The position numbers were made by a program, and so were the translations under genes. A DNA stretch of 44,569 nucleotides, from assembly GCA_002869405.1 (NCBI GenBank), contig PKSY01000107.1, positions 1 to 44,569 on the forward strand, given 5' to 3'. Each line of letters opens with the position of its first letter. Within the stretch, counting starts at the first letter, position 1. Below the pieces are notes generated by a model, which saw only the letters and a list, made by a program, of their open reading frames with translations, searched no databases and was not told the origin of the DNA. Shown piece by piece: positions 9,213-19,539 of this stretch. Origin of the DNA: Marinilabiliales bacterium. GTDB lineage: Bacteria > Bacteroidota > Bacteroidia > Bacteroidales > BM520.

Positions 9213-11810
9213 ATGAAAAAATATTTGGGGCTCCTAATCCTTTCAACGATGATAATTACATCATGTAACGAAGCAACACCTGACTACTTAAATGAATCTT
9301 TAACCTTCGAAAAGCGGGTAGATGACTTGGTCATCAGAATGACCCTGGCAGAAAAAATCGAACAGCTGCGCTATGATGCGCCGGCAAATGACCGTTTGGG
9401 AATTCCGGCGTACAATTGGTGGAATGAGTGCCTGCACGGAGTAGCGCGGTCAGGAAAAGCGACTGTATTCCCTCAGGCTATCGGACTGGCTGCAACATGG
9501 AATAAATCTCTGATTTTTGATGTGGCAACGATAATTTCTGATGAAGCAAGGGGAAAATACCATGATTATATACGCAGGGATAAGCATGGAATCTATCAGG
9601 GATTAACATTTTGGACGCCCAACATCAATATCTTCAGAGATCCGCGGTGGGGTCGTGGTATGGAGACCTATGGTGAAGACCAATATCTAACAGCTCAGAT
9701 TGCCATTCCTTTCATAAAAGGCATCCAGGGCGATCACCCGAAATACCTGAAAGCAATAGCGACAGTAAAACACTTTGCAGTTCACAGTGGTCCCGAACCG
9801 GAGCGCCACTCCTTTAACGCGGATGTCACAGATCAGGATCTCTATGAAACCTACCTCCCCCACTTCAGGGATTGTATCATGGAAACCAACGTACAGTCAG
9901 TGATGTGTGCTTACAATCTCTACAAAGAAAATCCCTGTTGCGGCAATCAGTTCCTGCTTGAAGAAGTATTACGAAAAGAGTGGGGATTTAAAGGATATGT
10001 GGTTTCTGATTGCTGGGCGCTGAGCGACTTTTACACTTTCCAGGAAACCGCTGAAAACAGTCCTCAGGCAGGTGCCATTGCACTAAAAGCCGGCACTGAC
10101 CTCAACTGCGGCGTTGTTTACCGCGACCTGCAACAGGCTGTTGACTCTAATCTTGTAGATGAAACATTCGTCGACACAGCCCTTAGAAGACTAATGCTGG
10201 CAAGGTTTAAGCTCGGAATGTTCGATAACCGGAAGAATGTTCCCTGGAGCAATATCCCGATTGAGATTCTTGACAATAAGGCACATCAGAGTATTGCGCT
10301 CAAAACAGCGGAAGAGTCAATGGTTTTACTCAAAAATGAAAAACAAACGCTGCCACTGTCAGAAGAGATTAAATCGATAGCGGTAATCGGACCCAATGCC
10401 AACAATGCAGAGGTGATGTTTGCCAATTACAATGGTACTCCAATAAATCCTGTTACGCCCTTTGATGGGATTACAAAACTTGCAGGGAATAATGTCATCG
10501 TAAAATATGCATTGGGTTGCGACTGGGCTGAAAACATGCCGTTTATGGAAACTGTTTCATCAGAATACCTCAGGCCGGAAGAGAATTGCGAGAAGAGAGG
10601 GCTTCTGGGAAAATACTATGATAACAGGGAGATGAAAGGAGATCCGGCCTTCACAAGAGTTGACAGTATCATTGATTTTAACTGGTGGGACAAGGCTCCT
10701 GCTCCTGAATTGGATGAAGACAATTTTGCCATTGAATGGAGTGGGTACATTATAGCTCCGCAGACCGGTGAATATTACATCGGTGCATACGGGACTGAGT
10801 ATGAAGTACATCTCGGTGACAGCCTTCTGGCACAACGGGCCCAGCCACATGGTTCCTTCCCGTACTATAAGAAGGTCATGCTTAAAGAGAATCAAAAATA
10901 TGCAATCCGTATCCTGCAAAAAGAGGAAGATGGGGAGAGTGAGGTCCGTCTTATCTGGAGCCGGCCGCAAAGAAATCTTGAAAAGGAAGCACTGAATCTG
11001 GCCAAAGAATCTGATCAGGTTGTCCTTTTTATGGGTTTATCCCCATGGCTGGAAGGTGAGCAGATGGATGTGGAAGTTGAAGGTTTTCTGGGTGGTGACC
11101 GCACAACCATAGACCTTCCTGCAAAGCAAAAGGATTTCATAAAAAAAGTATACGATGTAAACCCGAATATTTTGCTTGTGCTGATGAATGGAAGCGCACT
11201 GAAAATAAACTGGTGTGATGAACATATTCCTGCCATCCTTGAAGCATGGTATCCCGGGCAGGATGGAGGTACCGCAATTGCAAATATCCTCTTTGGAAAA
11301 GCAAATCCTTCAGGCCGCCTTCCGCTAACATTCTATAAAACCGTTAACGATTTACCGCCTTTTGATGATTATAATATGCAGGGCATAACCTATAAATATT
11401 TTAAAGGTGTACCTCTTTACCCATTTGGTTATGGACTGAGCTATACAACTTTTGATTATGACAATCTGAATATTCAAAACAACGACTCTGCGCTGGACAT
11501 AAGGTTTACAATCATGAATTCAGGTAATTACGATGGCGACGAAGTGATTCAGGTTTATGCAGGCCATAAAGAATCCATTCAATTTTACCCTATCAGAAAG
11601 TTAATCGCATTTGAAAAGATCAGCCTACAGGCCGGTGAAGAGAGAGAAATGACGATCTCTGTGCCTTATAAAAACATTGCCATGGCAGATGAGAAGGGCA
11701 CATTTCAGATTTCACCGGAAGAGTATATTATTTCTGTTGGTGGTGGTCAGCCTGATAAAAGGTTTCAAAAAGCGAATCACTTCATCACTAAAACTATCCG
11801 GATAGAATAA
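9213..11810 (+). CDS. Glycoside hydrolase family 3 (beta-glucosidase/beta-xylosidase) with inserted PA14 domain
   Basis: 865 aa with a lipoprotein signal (IITSC). GH3 blocks: NIFRDPRWGRGMETYGED, KHFAVHSGPE, GYVVSDCWA. PA14-like insert: GLLGKYYDNREMKGDP...IDFNW. C-terminal fibronectin-like domain. Confidence 0.9.
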   Translation: MKKYLGLLILSTMIITSCNEATPDYLNESLTFEKRVDDLVIRMTLAEKIEQLRYDAPANDRLGIPAYNWWNECLHGVARSGKATVFPQAIGLAATWNKSLIFDVATIISDEARGKYHDYIRRDKHGIYQGLTFWTPNINIFRDPRWGRGMETYGEDQYLTAQIAIPFIKGIQGDHPKYLKAIATVKHFAVHSGPEPERHSFNADVTDQDLYETYLPHFRDCIMETNVQSVMCAYNLYKENPCCGNQFLLEEVLRKEWGFKGYVVSDCWALSDFYTFQETAENSPQAGAIALKAGTDLNCGVVYRDLQQAVDSNLVDETFVDTALRRLMLARFKLGMFDNRKNVPWSNIPIEILDNKAHQSIALKTAEESMVLLKNEKQTLPLSEEIKSIAVIGPNANNAEVMFANYNGTPINPVTPFDGITKLAGNNVIVKYALGCDWAENMPFMETVSSEYLRPEENCEKRGLLGKYYDNREMKGDPAFTRVDSIIDFNWWDKAPAPELDEDNFAIEWSGYIIAPQTGEYYIGAYGTEYEVHLGDSLLAQRAQPHGSFPYYKKVMLKENQKYAIRILQKEEDGESEVRLIWSRPQRNLEKEALNLAKESDQVVLFMGLSPWLEGEQMDVEVEGFLGGDRTTIDLPAKQKDFIKKVYDVNPNILLVLMNGSALKINWCDEHIPAILEAWYPGQDGGTAIANILFGKANPSGRLPLTFYKTVNDLPPFDDYNMQGITYKYFKGVPLYPFGYGLSYTTFDYDNLNIQNNDSALDIRFTIMNSGNYDGDEVIQVYAGHKESIQFYPIRKLIAFEKISLQAGEEREMTISVPYKNIAMADEKGTFQISPEEYIISVGGGQPDKRFQKANHFITKTIRIE

Positions 11811-11936
11811 ACCGGATTCGGAGAAACAAGACACTGTTCTTGCATGACTATGGCCTTGTAAGGAAGTGAATCATTACAAGGACATTGACAGTCGATAATT
11901 TATTTATTTTTACGGCTTTATAATCAGATCATAAAC

Positions 11937-14336
11937 ATGCAATATATAAAGTCGCTCTGTTTTATTATTTCATTCTTATTAATATCAGGTTTTACCTTTG
12001 CAGATTCACCGGAAAAACTATGTACAATAACGGGCATTGTGTCCGACAGCATTACCGGCGAAGGTCTACCCTACGCATCACTGCAGCTTTATGCCACTGA
12101 CAATGAAATGCTGCAGGGTGTTTTGACTGACAACGAAGGCGGTTTTTCATTCGCATCAGTCAAGCCGGGTTCCTATTCATTGGTAGCTTCCTATATGGGT
12201 TACAATACTTGCAGAAAAAGCATCCGTTTAAACGATAAGAGAACAAATATCGAATTCCTTCTTCAGCCTAAAAGCCTTTCTCTGGAGACCTATGAGGTTA
12301 CTGCAGAAAAAAACCTGGTGGAGACTACTATTGAAAAAACTACGATTAATGTGGCAAAGAACATTACAGCTATTCAGGGAACAGCCCGGGAAGTGATGGC
12401 TACGCTACCTTCTGTGGATATCGATATTGACGGAAATATAAATTACCGCGGGAGCGACAAGGTTACAGTGCTTATAAACGGAAAAAGATCTGAGTTGACC
12501 AAAACATTAGACCAGATTCCTGCCGGTCAGATCGAAAAAGTCGAGATGATAAATAATCCATCAGCAAAATATGAAGCAGACGGAATGTCAGGGATTATTA
12601 ATATAATCCTAAAAACAAATCACGGCAAAAACAGCAAAACCACGCTGATGCTCAATGTCGGTCTTCCGGAGACATTTGGTGGAAACGCAGGTTTCTCGCA
12701 ATTCAGAGAAAAATCATCGCTCTATGTGAGTGGAGGTTATCACCATAAAACGAAATTTCAAACCAAGGAGCATTTGCGCAGTAATTATGGAATGCCGGAT
12801 GGGCTTAATTACTATCAGTTTGACCGCATGGATGATAATATTAACAATGCCATCTTTACATCATCATATATTTACAACCTATCAGGTAAGCAACAGATTG
12901 GTTTCTCTATAACAGGATCAAAACAATTTAACCACGCAAATCGCGCTATAAACTACCAGACACTTTTTCCCAACGGTGATGTTGAATCAGCATCCAACAA
13001 AGCAATCAGTTTATCACTGGACAATTACAACCTGGAAAGTGACATTCACTACAATCTGGTTTTTGATAATGAAAACCATAATTTAACTGTAAAGGCGCAC
13101 TACTCATTGCTGGATCAGATACAAAAAATGGAAAACAAACATTACCTCAATGAATATGATGAACCGGCATTACAGAATACTTCTCTGAATCAAAATAACA
13201 GCATTTATGATGTGTCATTGGATTATTCGCATCCTGTTACAGAGAATTTTTTATTTGAGACCGGGTACAGCAACAACACCAGAGACTTATTAAACAATTT
13301 CATATCAGAGAGTTATAATTATGACAGCGGGCTATGGTATGATGATCCGGATCTGAATAACATGTTTTGTTTCTTCCAACAGATTAATGCACTCTATGCT
13401 GAGTTTTCAGGCAACCGGAAACGATTTGTTTTTCAGGGTGGCGTAAGAGCTGAATATGTAAAGACATCGCAGAATGCTATTGATACCGACCGGTACATTG
13501 ACCTCTTTCCGTCAGCAACAATATCTGCTAAAATCGCAAAACTGCACACAATATATGCAGCATTTACGAGCAGAATCAATCGTCCTACCATAAAGATGCT
13601 TAATCCATATACTGATGAGTATGCTGATATAATGAATCAACATCGCGGGAACCCGGAGCTTAAACCGGAGTATGTGAATTCCTATGAGGCCGGACATCGA
13701 TTTGCAGGCAAAAAAATCACTGTTGCAGTTTCACTCTATTATCGTGATATCAGCAATGCCATCTCAAGAGTCAAGTCCGCTTCCAATGACAGTGCGCTGT
13801 ATGTTACCTTTATGAACCTTAGCAAAGCGAAAATGCCCGGAGCAGAAGCAACAATATCATTCAATCCGTATAAATGGTGGAATCTCAATGCCGGAGCGAA
13901 TATATTCAATACAACGCTTGTTGGTTCATACGCATACAATGAAGTCAATAAAAGTATGACCGGATGGAACCTGAATGGCTCCTCAAACTTTAGATTCAGA
14001 GGAGGAATTGGAGTACAGATATATGCTTATTACCGTTCTTCACTTCCGTCTGTGATGGGAACATATATTCACAGATATTACTCGGATGCCGCAATAAGCA
14101 AGAAAATTCTTAAAAATAAAGGTCAACTTGTTTTAAAAGTCTCAGATGTATTTAACAGCTATAGGTATGGATTGGATCTTGATGCTTTAGATATCAATGG
14201 AGATCAATATAGTCAACGCAACAGACGTAAAAATGAATCCCAATACTTTATCCTGAGTTTTATCTATAATATTGATGGAAAACAGAAGAAAGAAGAACCA
14301 AAGACTAATTTCTTTCTTGATAGTTTTGACAAGTAG
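11937..14336 (+). CDS. TonB-dependent receptor / outer-membrane beta-barrel family protein with CarboxypepD_reg-like N-domain
   Basis: 799 aa. Signal peptide, then ITGIVSDSITGEGLPYASL...KPGSYSLVASYMGY (carboxypeptidase regulatory-like fold). This is followed by a plug-like region and a long beta-barrel. Confidence 0.85.
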   Translation: MQYIKSLCFIISFLLISGFTFADSPEKLCTITGIVSDSITGEGLPYASLQLYATDNEMLQGVLTDNEGGFSFASVKPGSYSLVASYMGYNTCRKSIRLNDKRTNIEFLLQPKSLSLETYEVTAEKNLVETTIEKTTINVAKNITAIQGTAREVMATLPSVDIDIDGNINYRGSDKVTVLINGKRSELTKTLDQIPAGQIEKVEMINNPSAKYEADGMSGIINIILKTNHGKNSKTTLMLNVGLPETFGGNAGFSQFREKSSLYVSGGYHHKTKFQTKEHLRSNYGMPDGLNYYQFDRMDDNINNAIFTSSYIYNLSGKQQIGFSITGSKQFNHANRAINYQTLFPNGDVESASNKAISLSLDNYNLESDIHYNLVFDNENHNLTVKAHYSLLDQIQKMENKHYLNEYDEPALQNTSLNQNNSIYDVSLDYSHPVTENFLFETGYSNNTRDLLNNFISESYNYDSGLWYDDPDLNNMFCFFQQINALYAEFSGNRKRFVFQGGVRAEYVKTSQNAIDTDRYIDLFPSATISAKIAKLHTIYAAFTSRINRPTIKMLNPYTDEYADIMNQHRGNPELKPEYVNSYEAGHRFAGKKITVAVSLYYRDISNAISRVKSASNDSALYVTFMNLSKAKMPGAEATISFNPYKWWNLNAGANIFNTTLVGSYAYNEVNKSMTGWNLNGSSNFRFRGGIGVQIYAYYRSSLPSVMGTYIHRYYSDAAISKKILKNKGQLVLKVSDVFNSYRYGLDLDALDINGDQYSQRNRRKNESQYFILSFIYNIDGKQKKEEPKTNFFLDSFDK

Positions 14337-14363
14337 CTATCAGAACATCAAAAAACCAAAATA

Positions 14364-15590
14364 CTATTTCCCCTCCAGCTTCAGGGGCGCAGGTTCTTTC
14401 TTATCCATAAACCTTCCGGAGAACAATAAACCGCCTATTATTCCCATAAAGATATATAGAATTTGCTCTCCCATATTATTATGCGCCGGACCCGAGTCGA
14501 GTAATATACTGCTCAGGCCTATAAAAGCTTTGCTTCCGGGAACAAGCATGATGATTCCGGGAACAAGAAACACAAGTCGGGGTGTTTTTGTGATAATTGA
14601 TAATACCCTGCTGAAGGTGACTGCCACTACAGTACCAATAAACACACTAAGCAATATGCCCGCGTCACCCAGGAGAAGTGCTGTATAATAACTTGCAAAA
14701 CCTGATAATACACAAAACGGGACATCCTTTAATCGCACTTTAAATACAGGTGCCAGACCGTAAGTAAGCATTAGAATTGCTATATAATCAAACCATGCCG
14801 GAACATCATTAACCACTTCATTAGGTTTCAACTCAACAAATATCGAGAACACTGCAAGTGCAAGTACAACACCAAAAAACTGCTTGAACAGAGATACCAG
14901 AGCATCAAACAACTTGGCGGTTCCGGACACCAGACTGCGAGAAGTAATCTCCTCCAAAGCGGTAGTCAGTGATAAACCCGGAATAAATACAATAATTGAA
15001 GCCAGAATAGTCATTGACATATTAATCTGCTCAAAGTGCATCGCCATAAAACCGGTAATTATTGTTGAGATAAATGCCACCATCGACTCCAGCGTACTTC
15101 TTAAATAAACCGATTTTCTGGATAGCAAAGTCAGACCATAAACAACGGCACCCAGGAAAAAAGCCAGAAAAGCTGAAGCCCAACTGGTATCAAGGATAAT
15201 ACAGAATGCTCCGGCAGAGATCATATACGCCAAAAGTTCCACAAGCCAGCCATAACCCATTTTTGAATTCCTGAGGTTTTCAATATTGGTCTTGGCTTCA
15301 GAAAAGTCACTTTTCCCGGACAAAACATTGTTGGTAATCTCAACAATCCGGGAAAGTCCCCCAAGGTTTAATTCTCCGGGAGGCACGCACTCCACATAAT
15401 TGTATGTATGCTCATCCTCTTCATAAAACACATAATTAATCCAGGTAGGTGTATCCATAAAGCTCCCTTTAATCCCTTTTTTCTCAGCAATTTCACTAAG
15501 ATAAATCTGAGATTTATAGGATGGCACGCCATAGGTATGGAGCGCTTTCCCAAGCTGAATAATAAACTTGTATTGTTCAGGAATCTTCAT
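14364..15590 (-). CDS. Threonine/serine exporter (ThrE) family protein, fused DUF1212+DUF3815 type
   Basis: 408 aa. Soluble N-terminal part (LGKALHTYGVPSYKSQIYLSEIA) followed by about 10 TM segments, the architecture of YjjP/YjjB-type fusions. Confidence 0.75.
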   Translation of the reverse strand: MKIPEQYKFIIQLGKALHTYGVPSYKSQIYLSEIAEKKGIKGSFMDTPTWINYVFYEEDEHTYNYVECVPPGELNLGGLSRIVEITNNVLSGKSDFSEAKTNIENLRNSKMGYGWLVELLAYMISAGAFCIILDTSWASAFLAFFLGAVVYGLTLLSRKSVYLRSTLESMVAFISTIITGFMAMHFEQINMSMTILASIIVFIPGLSLTTALEEITSRSLVSGTAKLFDALVSLFKQFFGVVLALAVFSIFVELKPNEVVNDVPAWFDYIAILMLTYGLAPVFKVRLKDVPFCVLSGFASYYTALLLGDAGILLSVFIGTVVAVTFSRVLSIITKTPRLVFLVPGIIMLVPGSKAFIGLSSILLDSGPAHNNMGEQILYIFMGIIGGLLFSGRFMDKKEPAPLKLEGK

Positions 15591-15630
15591 AAATAAATTT
15601 GATATCCAGTATAAAAATACAATTTATACA

Positions 15631-15664
15631 CAACAACGACAACAACCACAACAACCACAACAAT
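15631..15664. repeat. Imperfect tandem 9-mer repeat (CAACAACGA CAACAACCA CAACAACCA CAACAAT)
   Basis: Read directly from the sequence. It lies about 40 nt upstream of the ThrE-family start (15590, minus strand). Confidence 0.9.
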
Positions 15665-15677
15665 ATAATTAACACCC

Positions 15678-15700
15678 GAGCCGCGATAAATCGACGGCTC
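15678..15700 (-). terminator. Possible terminator hairpin downstream of the YhaM-family gene
   Basis: GAGCCG-(U)-CGA-UUUA-UCG-CGGCUC on the minus strand, 31 nt after the stop at 15731. There is no clean U-tract. Confidence 0.4.
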
Positions 15701-15730
15701 TCCAGAATGACTACAACGACATCCCTTCCC

Positions 15731-17014
15731 CTACTCTCCCATCATAATTCTGATTATCTCCTTGTCAGTTTCCCGCATTCCGATGCTTCCAAGACGGCCT
15801 ACGTTTCGGATGGTATTCTCAACGCCCTTAACAATGATTCCTTCACCACCATAGAACTGCTGTCCGTTTTTATACATATGATACCCAAGAATTCCTGCTT
15901 CCACAGCTGCGGCAATTTTTCCGGCACAGGATGGTTTTGCACCATCACAGATTATCCCTGAAACTATTGCAAGCGCATTAACAATGGTATGAGCAACCTC
16001 TTTGAATCCTCCACCACAGATCCACGTAATGCCAGCTCCAGCGCCTACGCCGGCCGAAATTGCACCACAATATGCTGAGAGACGGCCTATACCCGTTTTC
16101 TGGTGTATGGTTACCAGATTTGCAATCAAAAGTGCACGGTATAGTTTATCCTGATCAGCATTTATTTCTTTGGCATATTCAATCACAGGTAAAGATGCAG
16201 TAAGGCCCTGATTTCCGCTGCCGGAAACAATAATAACAGGAAGCTCACAACCGCTCATTCGGGCATCTGATCCGGCAGCAGCCATAGCCTTGGCACGAAC
16301 TTTCACATCATCACTACCCCAGGCTTTCAGAATCGTAGAACCTACATTTGCACCCCAGTCATTATTGATTCCTTCTTCTGCAATCGCAGTATTAAAATCA
16401 ATCTGACGCTGCAACACCTCCCGAACATCATCAATTTCAACAGTTTCCGCAAAATCGATAATATCCTCAACTTTCATAAACGAGCGATCTGTTGACTGGT
16501 CTGTGCTCAAATCATCACAGTGCGTGTTGTGAAGTACAGTTTCATTATTCTTCGTTACCTTCACAATGTTTGTATGGTAGTGTGAAATTTGAACTGACGC
16601 ACATTCATCACCATAAAATACATTCACAAGAAGGTCAAAAATCAGATTGCTTTCAGATTTTACAACTTTGATTTCTGCTTCATTAAGATATTGAGCAATA
16701 CTGTTTTTTTCAGCTTCTGAAACATCGGAAATTACCTCAAGGACTTTATCGGCATCTCCGGCAACAATGCCTGCTGCAGCCGCAGCCTCGATACCCTTCA
16801 GGCGTCCGGTGTTGGGAACAACAACACTCTTGACATTCTTAATAATATTTTCACTGGCTTCAACCACAACTCTGTCGGGTTTTCTTTCCAGAATTTTACG
16901 TGCCATGGCAGCAGCATATGCAATAGCAATAGGTTCTGTACAACCCATGGCCGGCATTAGCTCTTCTTGCAAAACAGTTATGTATGATGAATATCTCTTA
17001 TCAGTCCTTTCCAT
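15731..17014 (-). CDS. UPF0597 / YhaM (CyuA)-like L-cysteine desulfidase family protein
   Basis: 427 aa. Collinear with my recollection of E. coli YhaM: MGCTEPIAIAYAAA, GSDARMSGCELPVIIVSGSGNQGLTASLPV, GIICDGAKPSCAGKIAAAV, TDKEIIRIM. Confidence 0.85.
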   Translation of the reverse strand: MERTDKRYSSYITVLQEELMPAMGCTEPIAIAYAAAMARKILERKPDRVVVEASENIIKNVKSVVVPNTGRLKGIEAAAAAGIVAGDADKVLEVISDVSEAEKNSIAQYLNEAEIKVVKSESNLIFDLLVNVFYGDECASVQISHYHTNIVKVTKNNETVLHNTHCDDLSTDQSTDRSFMKVEDIIDFAETVEIDDVREVLQRQIDFNTAIAEEGINNDWGANVGSTILKAWGSDDVKVRAKAMAAAGSDARMSGCELPVIIVSGSGNQGLTASLPVIEYAKEINADQDKLYRALLIANLVTIHQKTGIGRLSAYCGAISAGVGAGAGITWICGGGFKEVAHTIVNALAIVSGIICDGAKPSCAGKIAAAVEAGILGYHMYKNGQQFYGGEGIIVKGVENTIRNVGRLGSIGMRETDKEIIRIMMGE

Positions 17015-17178
17015 TACTTCTTGGTTTTTACATATTTATGGAGTAATTATTCCGTTTGTTATTTTGAAATTGTAGCTTTGCTTTGGAGGCCCAAAAGTAA
17101 AATTTAACCTTCAATGTACAAAATGAATTATAGGCTTCCGTAAAAGGGAAAATTCTTCTATTATTCTCAACAGATAAT

Positions 17179-18495
17179 TTATCGCGCTACTTCTATTTTG
17201 GGTTGCATTCGCTTTATCCTCAACCCCTGTGAGCTTTTCAACAACTGCTTATGTTTACTAATATTAACAGCTACCAGGGCATAATAATCTTTAACCTCAA
17301 TAAGGCCAAGGTCCTCCTTTTTCATAAAATCAAATTGAAGAAAGAATCCCACAAGATCCATCTTGTTAATCTTGTCTTTTTTTCCCTTACCGATATATAA
17401 AGTCACCCAATCGGCAGTTTTCACAGGACAATCTTTATCAAAAGTCAGTGTTTCCGGTTCTTCAGATATGTATTCAGGTAATTTATCCTGGTCACTTCGG
17501 ATAAGCAATGCTGTTCCTGTAGCTTTCATTCTGGCAGTGCGGCCATTCCGGTGTGTAAAGACATTCTCCTGTGGTGATATCTGATAATGAATCACATAAT
17601 CCAGTTCCGGGATATCTATACCACGGGAAGCAATATCGGTAGCTATAAGCACACGAGAGCTACCATTCCGGAATTTTGCGAGTTCAAGTTCACGCTGGTT
17701 TTGCTCCAGTCCTCCATGAAAGATTGAGCAGGACATTTTCAAAATCCGGAAATAATCACCTATGCGATCACATGCATCACGATGATTCACAAATACCAGG
17801 ACGTTTTTATCTGTATCAAGGCTATTAACAAACTGTAATAGTCCCTCAGGCTTTTGGTCTTTGGGAACGATAATTTGTTTCAATGAGAGCAAATTACTAT
17901 CCTCACTGGTAAAATCCAGCGTTTCATAATCAAAGAACCTGAGAAAGGCAGGTATTTCGATATTTTGCGTGGCAGATACCAGTGTCTGCCCCTTAAGATT
18001 CAATAATTTCCGCCGGATATACTCCATCTGATCAGCGAAGCCAAACTCCAGTGATTTATCAAACTCATCATAAACCACATGGTGAATTCCGGAGGCATCC
18101 AGGGTTTCACGTTGCAGGTGATCCTGAATGCGTCCCGGTGTACCCACGAGAATCCGGGGAGGATGAATAAAGTTCTTCTTCTCCACGGAAAACGGGTGCC
18201 CGCCATAGGCAGAGTTCACCTTCCAGGGCAATTTCATCTTTTTCAAAACCGACTCTATTTGCAAGACCAACTCTCGTGTGGGGGCAAGAATAAGTACCTG
18301 AACACCGTCTTTATCATTAATATGAGATAAAAAACCCAGTATAAACGCCACCGTCTTACCGCTACCTGTTGGAGCCAGGAGTAATATATTATGATTTATT
18401 TCTGATGTCTCCGCAGTGACAGTTTGGATTTCATTCAAAGTCTCAAATCCAAGGTTGTGGATTATTTCTTCCTGCCGTATATTCTTCATTCCCAT
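17179..18495 (-). CDS. DEAD-box ATP-dependent RNA helicase with DbpA-type C-terminal RNA-binding domain
   Basis: 438 aa. Motif I is APTGSGKT and Ia is PTRELVLQ. Motif II reads DEFD instead of DEAD. Motif III is SAT and VI is HRNGRTAR. The C-terminal block YIGKGKKDKINKMDLVGFF is DbpA-like. Confidence 0.9.
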   Translation of the reverse strand: MGMKNIRQEEIIHNLGFETLNEIQTVTAETSEINHNILLLAPTGSGKTVAFILGFLSHINDKDGVQVLILAPTRELVLQIESVLKKMKLPWKVNSAYGGHPFSVEKKNFIHPPRILVGTPGRIQDHLQRETLDASGIHHVVYDEFDKSLEFGFADQMEYIRRKLLNLKGQTLVSATQNIEIPAFLRFFDYETLDFTSEDSNLLSLKQIIVPKDQKPEGLLQFVNSLDTDKNVLVFVNHRDACDRIGDYFRILKMSCSIFHGGLEQNQRELELAKFRNGSSRVLIATDIASRGIDIPELDYVIHYQISPQENVFTHRNGRTARMKATGTALLIRSDQDKLPEYISEEPETLTFDKDCPVKTADWVTLYIGKGKKDKINKMDLVGFFLQFDFMKKEDLGLIEVKDYYALVAVNISKHKQLLKSSQGLRIKRMQPKIEVAR

Positions 18496-18621
18496 GCCGC
18501 AAAAGTAGATTTTTTAATTAATCGCTCAACAGTATCCATCAGTTTGATGGTTTATGTACTAAAAACCCTCTGTAGACTTTACCGATAGGGAAAATCGAGA
18601 GAATACAACAGGAAAAATGAC

Positions 18622-18629
18622 TACCTTTG
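18622..18629 (+). promoter_or_regulatory. Candidate -7 box (TACCTTTG) for the ole-like operon
   Basis: Exact TAnnTTTG match 23 nt upstream of ATG 18652. I saw no clear -33 TTTG. Confidence 0.35.
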
Positions 18630-18651
18630 AGAAAGGGTTAAGGCATTTTTC

Positions 18652-19539
18652 ATGATTAAGAGGCAGCTAAAGCATAGAGAAAAAAATATCCGAACACCAT
18701 TCCCATCGCATAGCATTACGATTAATGGTATCAAAATTCATTATCTGGATGAAGGAGAAAAGAATTGGCCTGTCATATTGCTTTTACATGGTATTCCGAC
18801 CTGGTCCTATACTTTTCGAAATATCATTCCAACGCTAAAAGAAGAAAAAATACGATGTATTGCTCCTGATCTTCCCGGATTTGGAAATTCAGATTGTATG
18901 GATAGCGGATCCTATACATTGAAAAATCACAGGGATCTTATCATTGACTTTTAAAAACAATTAAAGGTCAATGAACTTTATGTGTACGGAAATGATTGGG
19001 GCACAGTGATTTCATTGCTTTTATTGGCTAATAACAGTGTAAATATTAAGGGAACGGTGGTTAGTAACGGATATCTTCCTGTTATTGGTCAAAATATTCC
19101 GGTGCACTTCAGAATGTGGATGTGGTTTACAAGATTTTCACCGATTTTGCCAATCTCATGTATTATAAATGCCGGCACCAAAACAACTTTATCACAGATT
19201 TCAAAGAAGATGTTTGATGCACCCTTTAAAAACAACAGGAAAACTGCGGTTCGAAGACTTCCAAATATTCTTCCTGTAAGAACATGGCACCGGGAAGCAA
19301 AATTTGTTGAAGCATCATGGGAAAAACTGAAAGACACAAACACTCCTTTACTTACTGTTTTCAGCACAAACGATCCATATACATCAGAGGGAGCAAAACT
19401 TCTTCAGCAAACTATTCCGGGAGCAGCAGAACAGTTGCATTTAAAGCTTGACGCAAAACACTTTATCACTGAAGATGCACCCGGGCCTTTGGCTCAAAGC
19501 ATTGTTGGTTTTATTAGAAAATATCAAAATGACATATAA
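18652..19539 (+). pseudogene. oleB: OleB-like (haloalkane-dehalogenase-type) alpha/beta hydrolase interrupted by one in-frame TAA (18952-18954)
   Basis: Track ORFs 18652..18954 and 18982..19539 are in the same frame, and only the TAA separates them. Read through the stop, the protein is ...DLIIDF*KQLKVNELYVYGNDWG.... HLD/OleB-type blocks: LLLHGIPTWSYTFRNIIP, DLPGFGNSD, the nucleophile elbow GNDWG, and the catalytic-His block KHFITEDAP. Confidence 0.75.

Noticed and set aside
15599-15961. 120-aa plus-strand ORF with an NNDNNHNNHNN run
   Set aside because: The Asn/His run is the translation of the CAA-type tandem repeat. The remainder overlaps the YhaM-family gene in antisense.
18040-18060. 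DEFD instead of DEAD in helicase motif II as a sign of inactivation
   Set aside because: The Phe codon (TTT) differs from Ala codons at two positions, and all other helicase motifs are intact. It is more likely a natural subfamily variant than a lesion.
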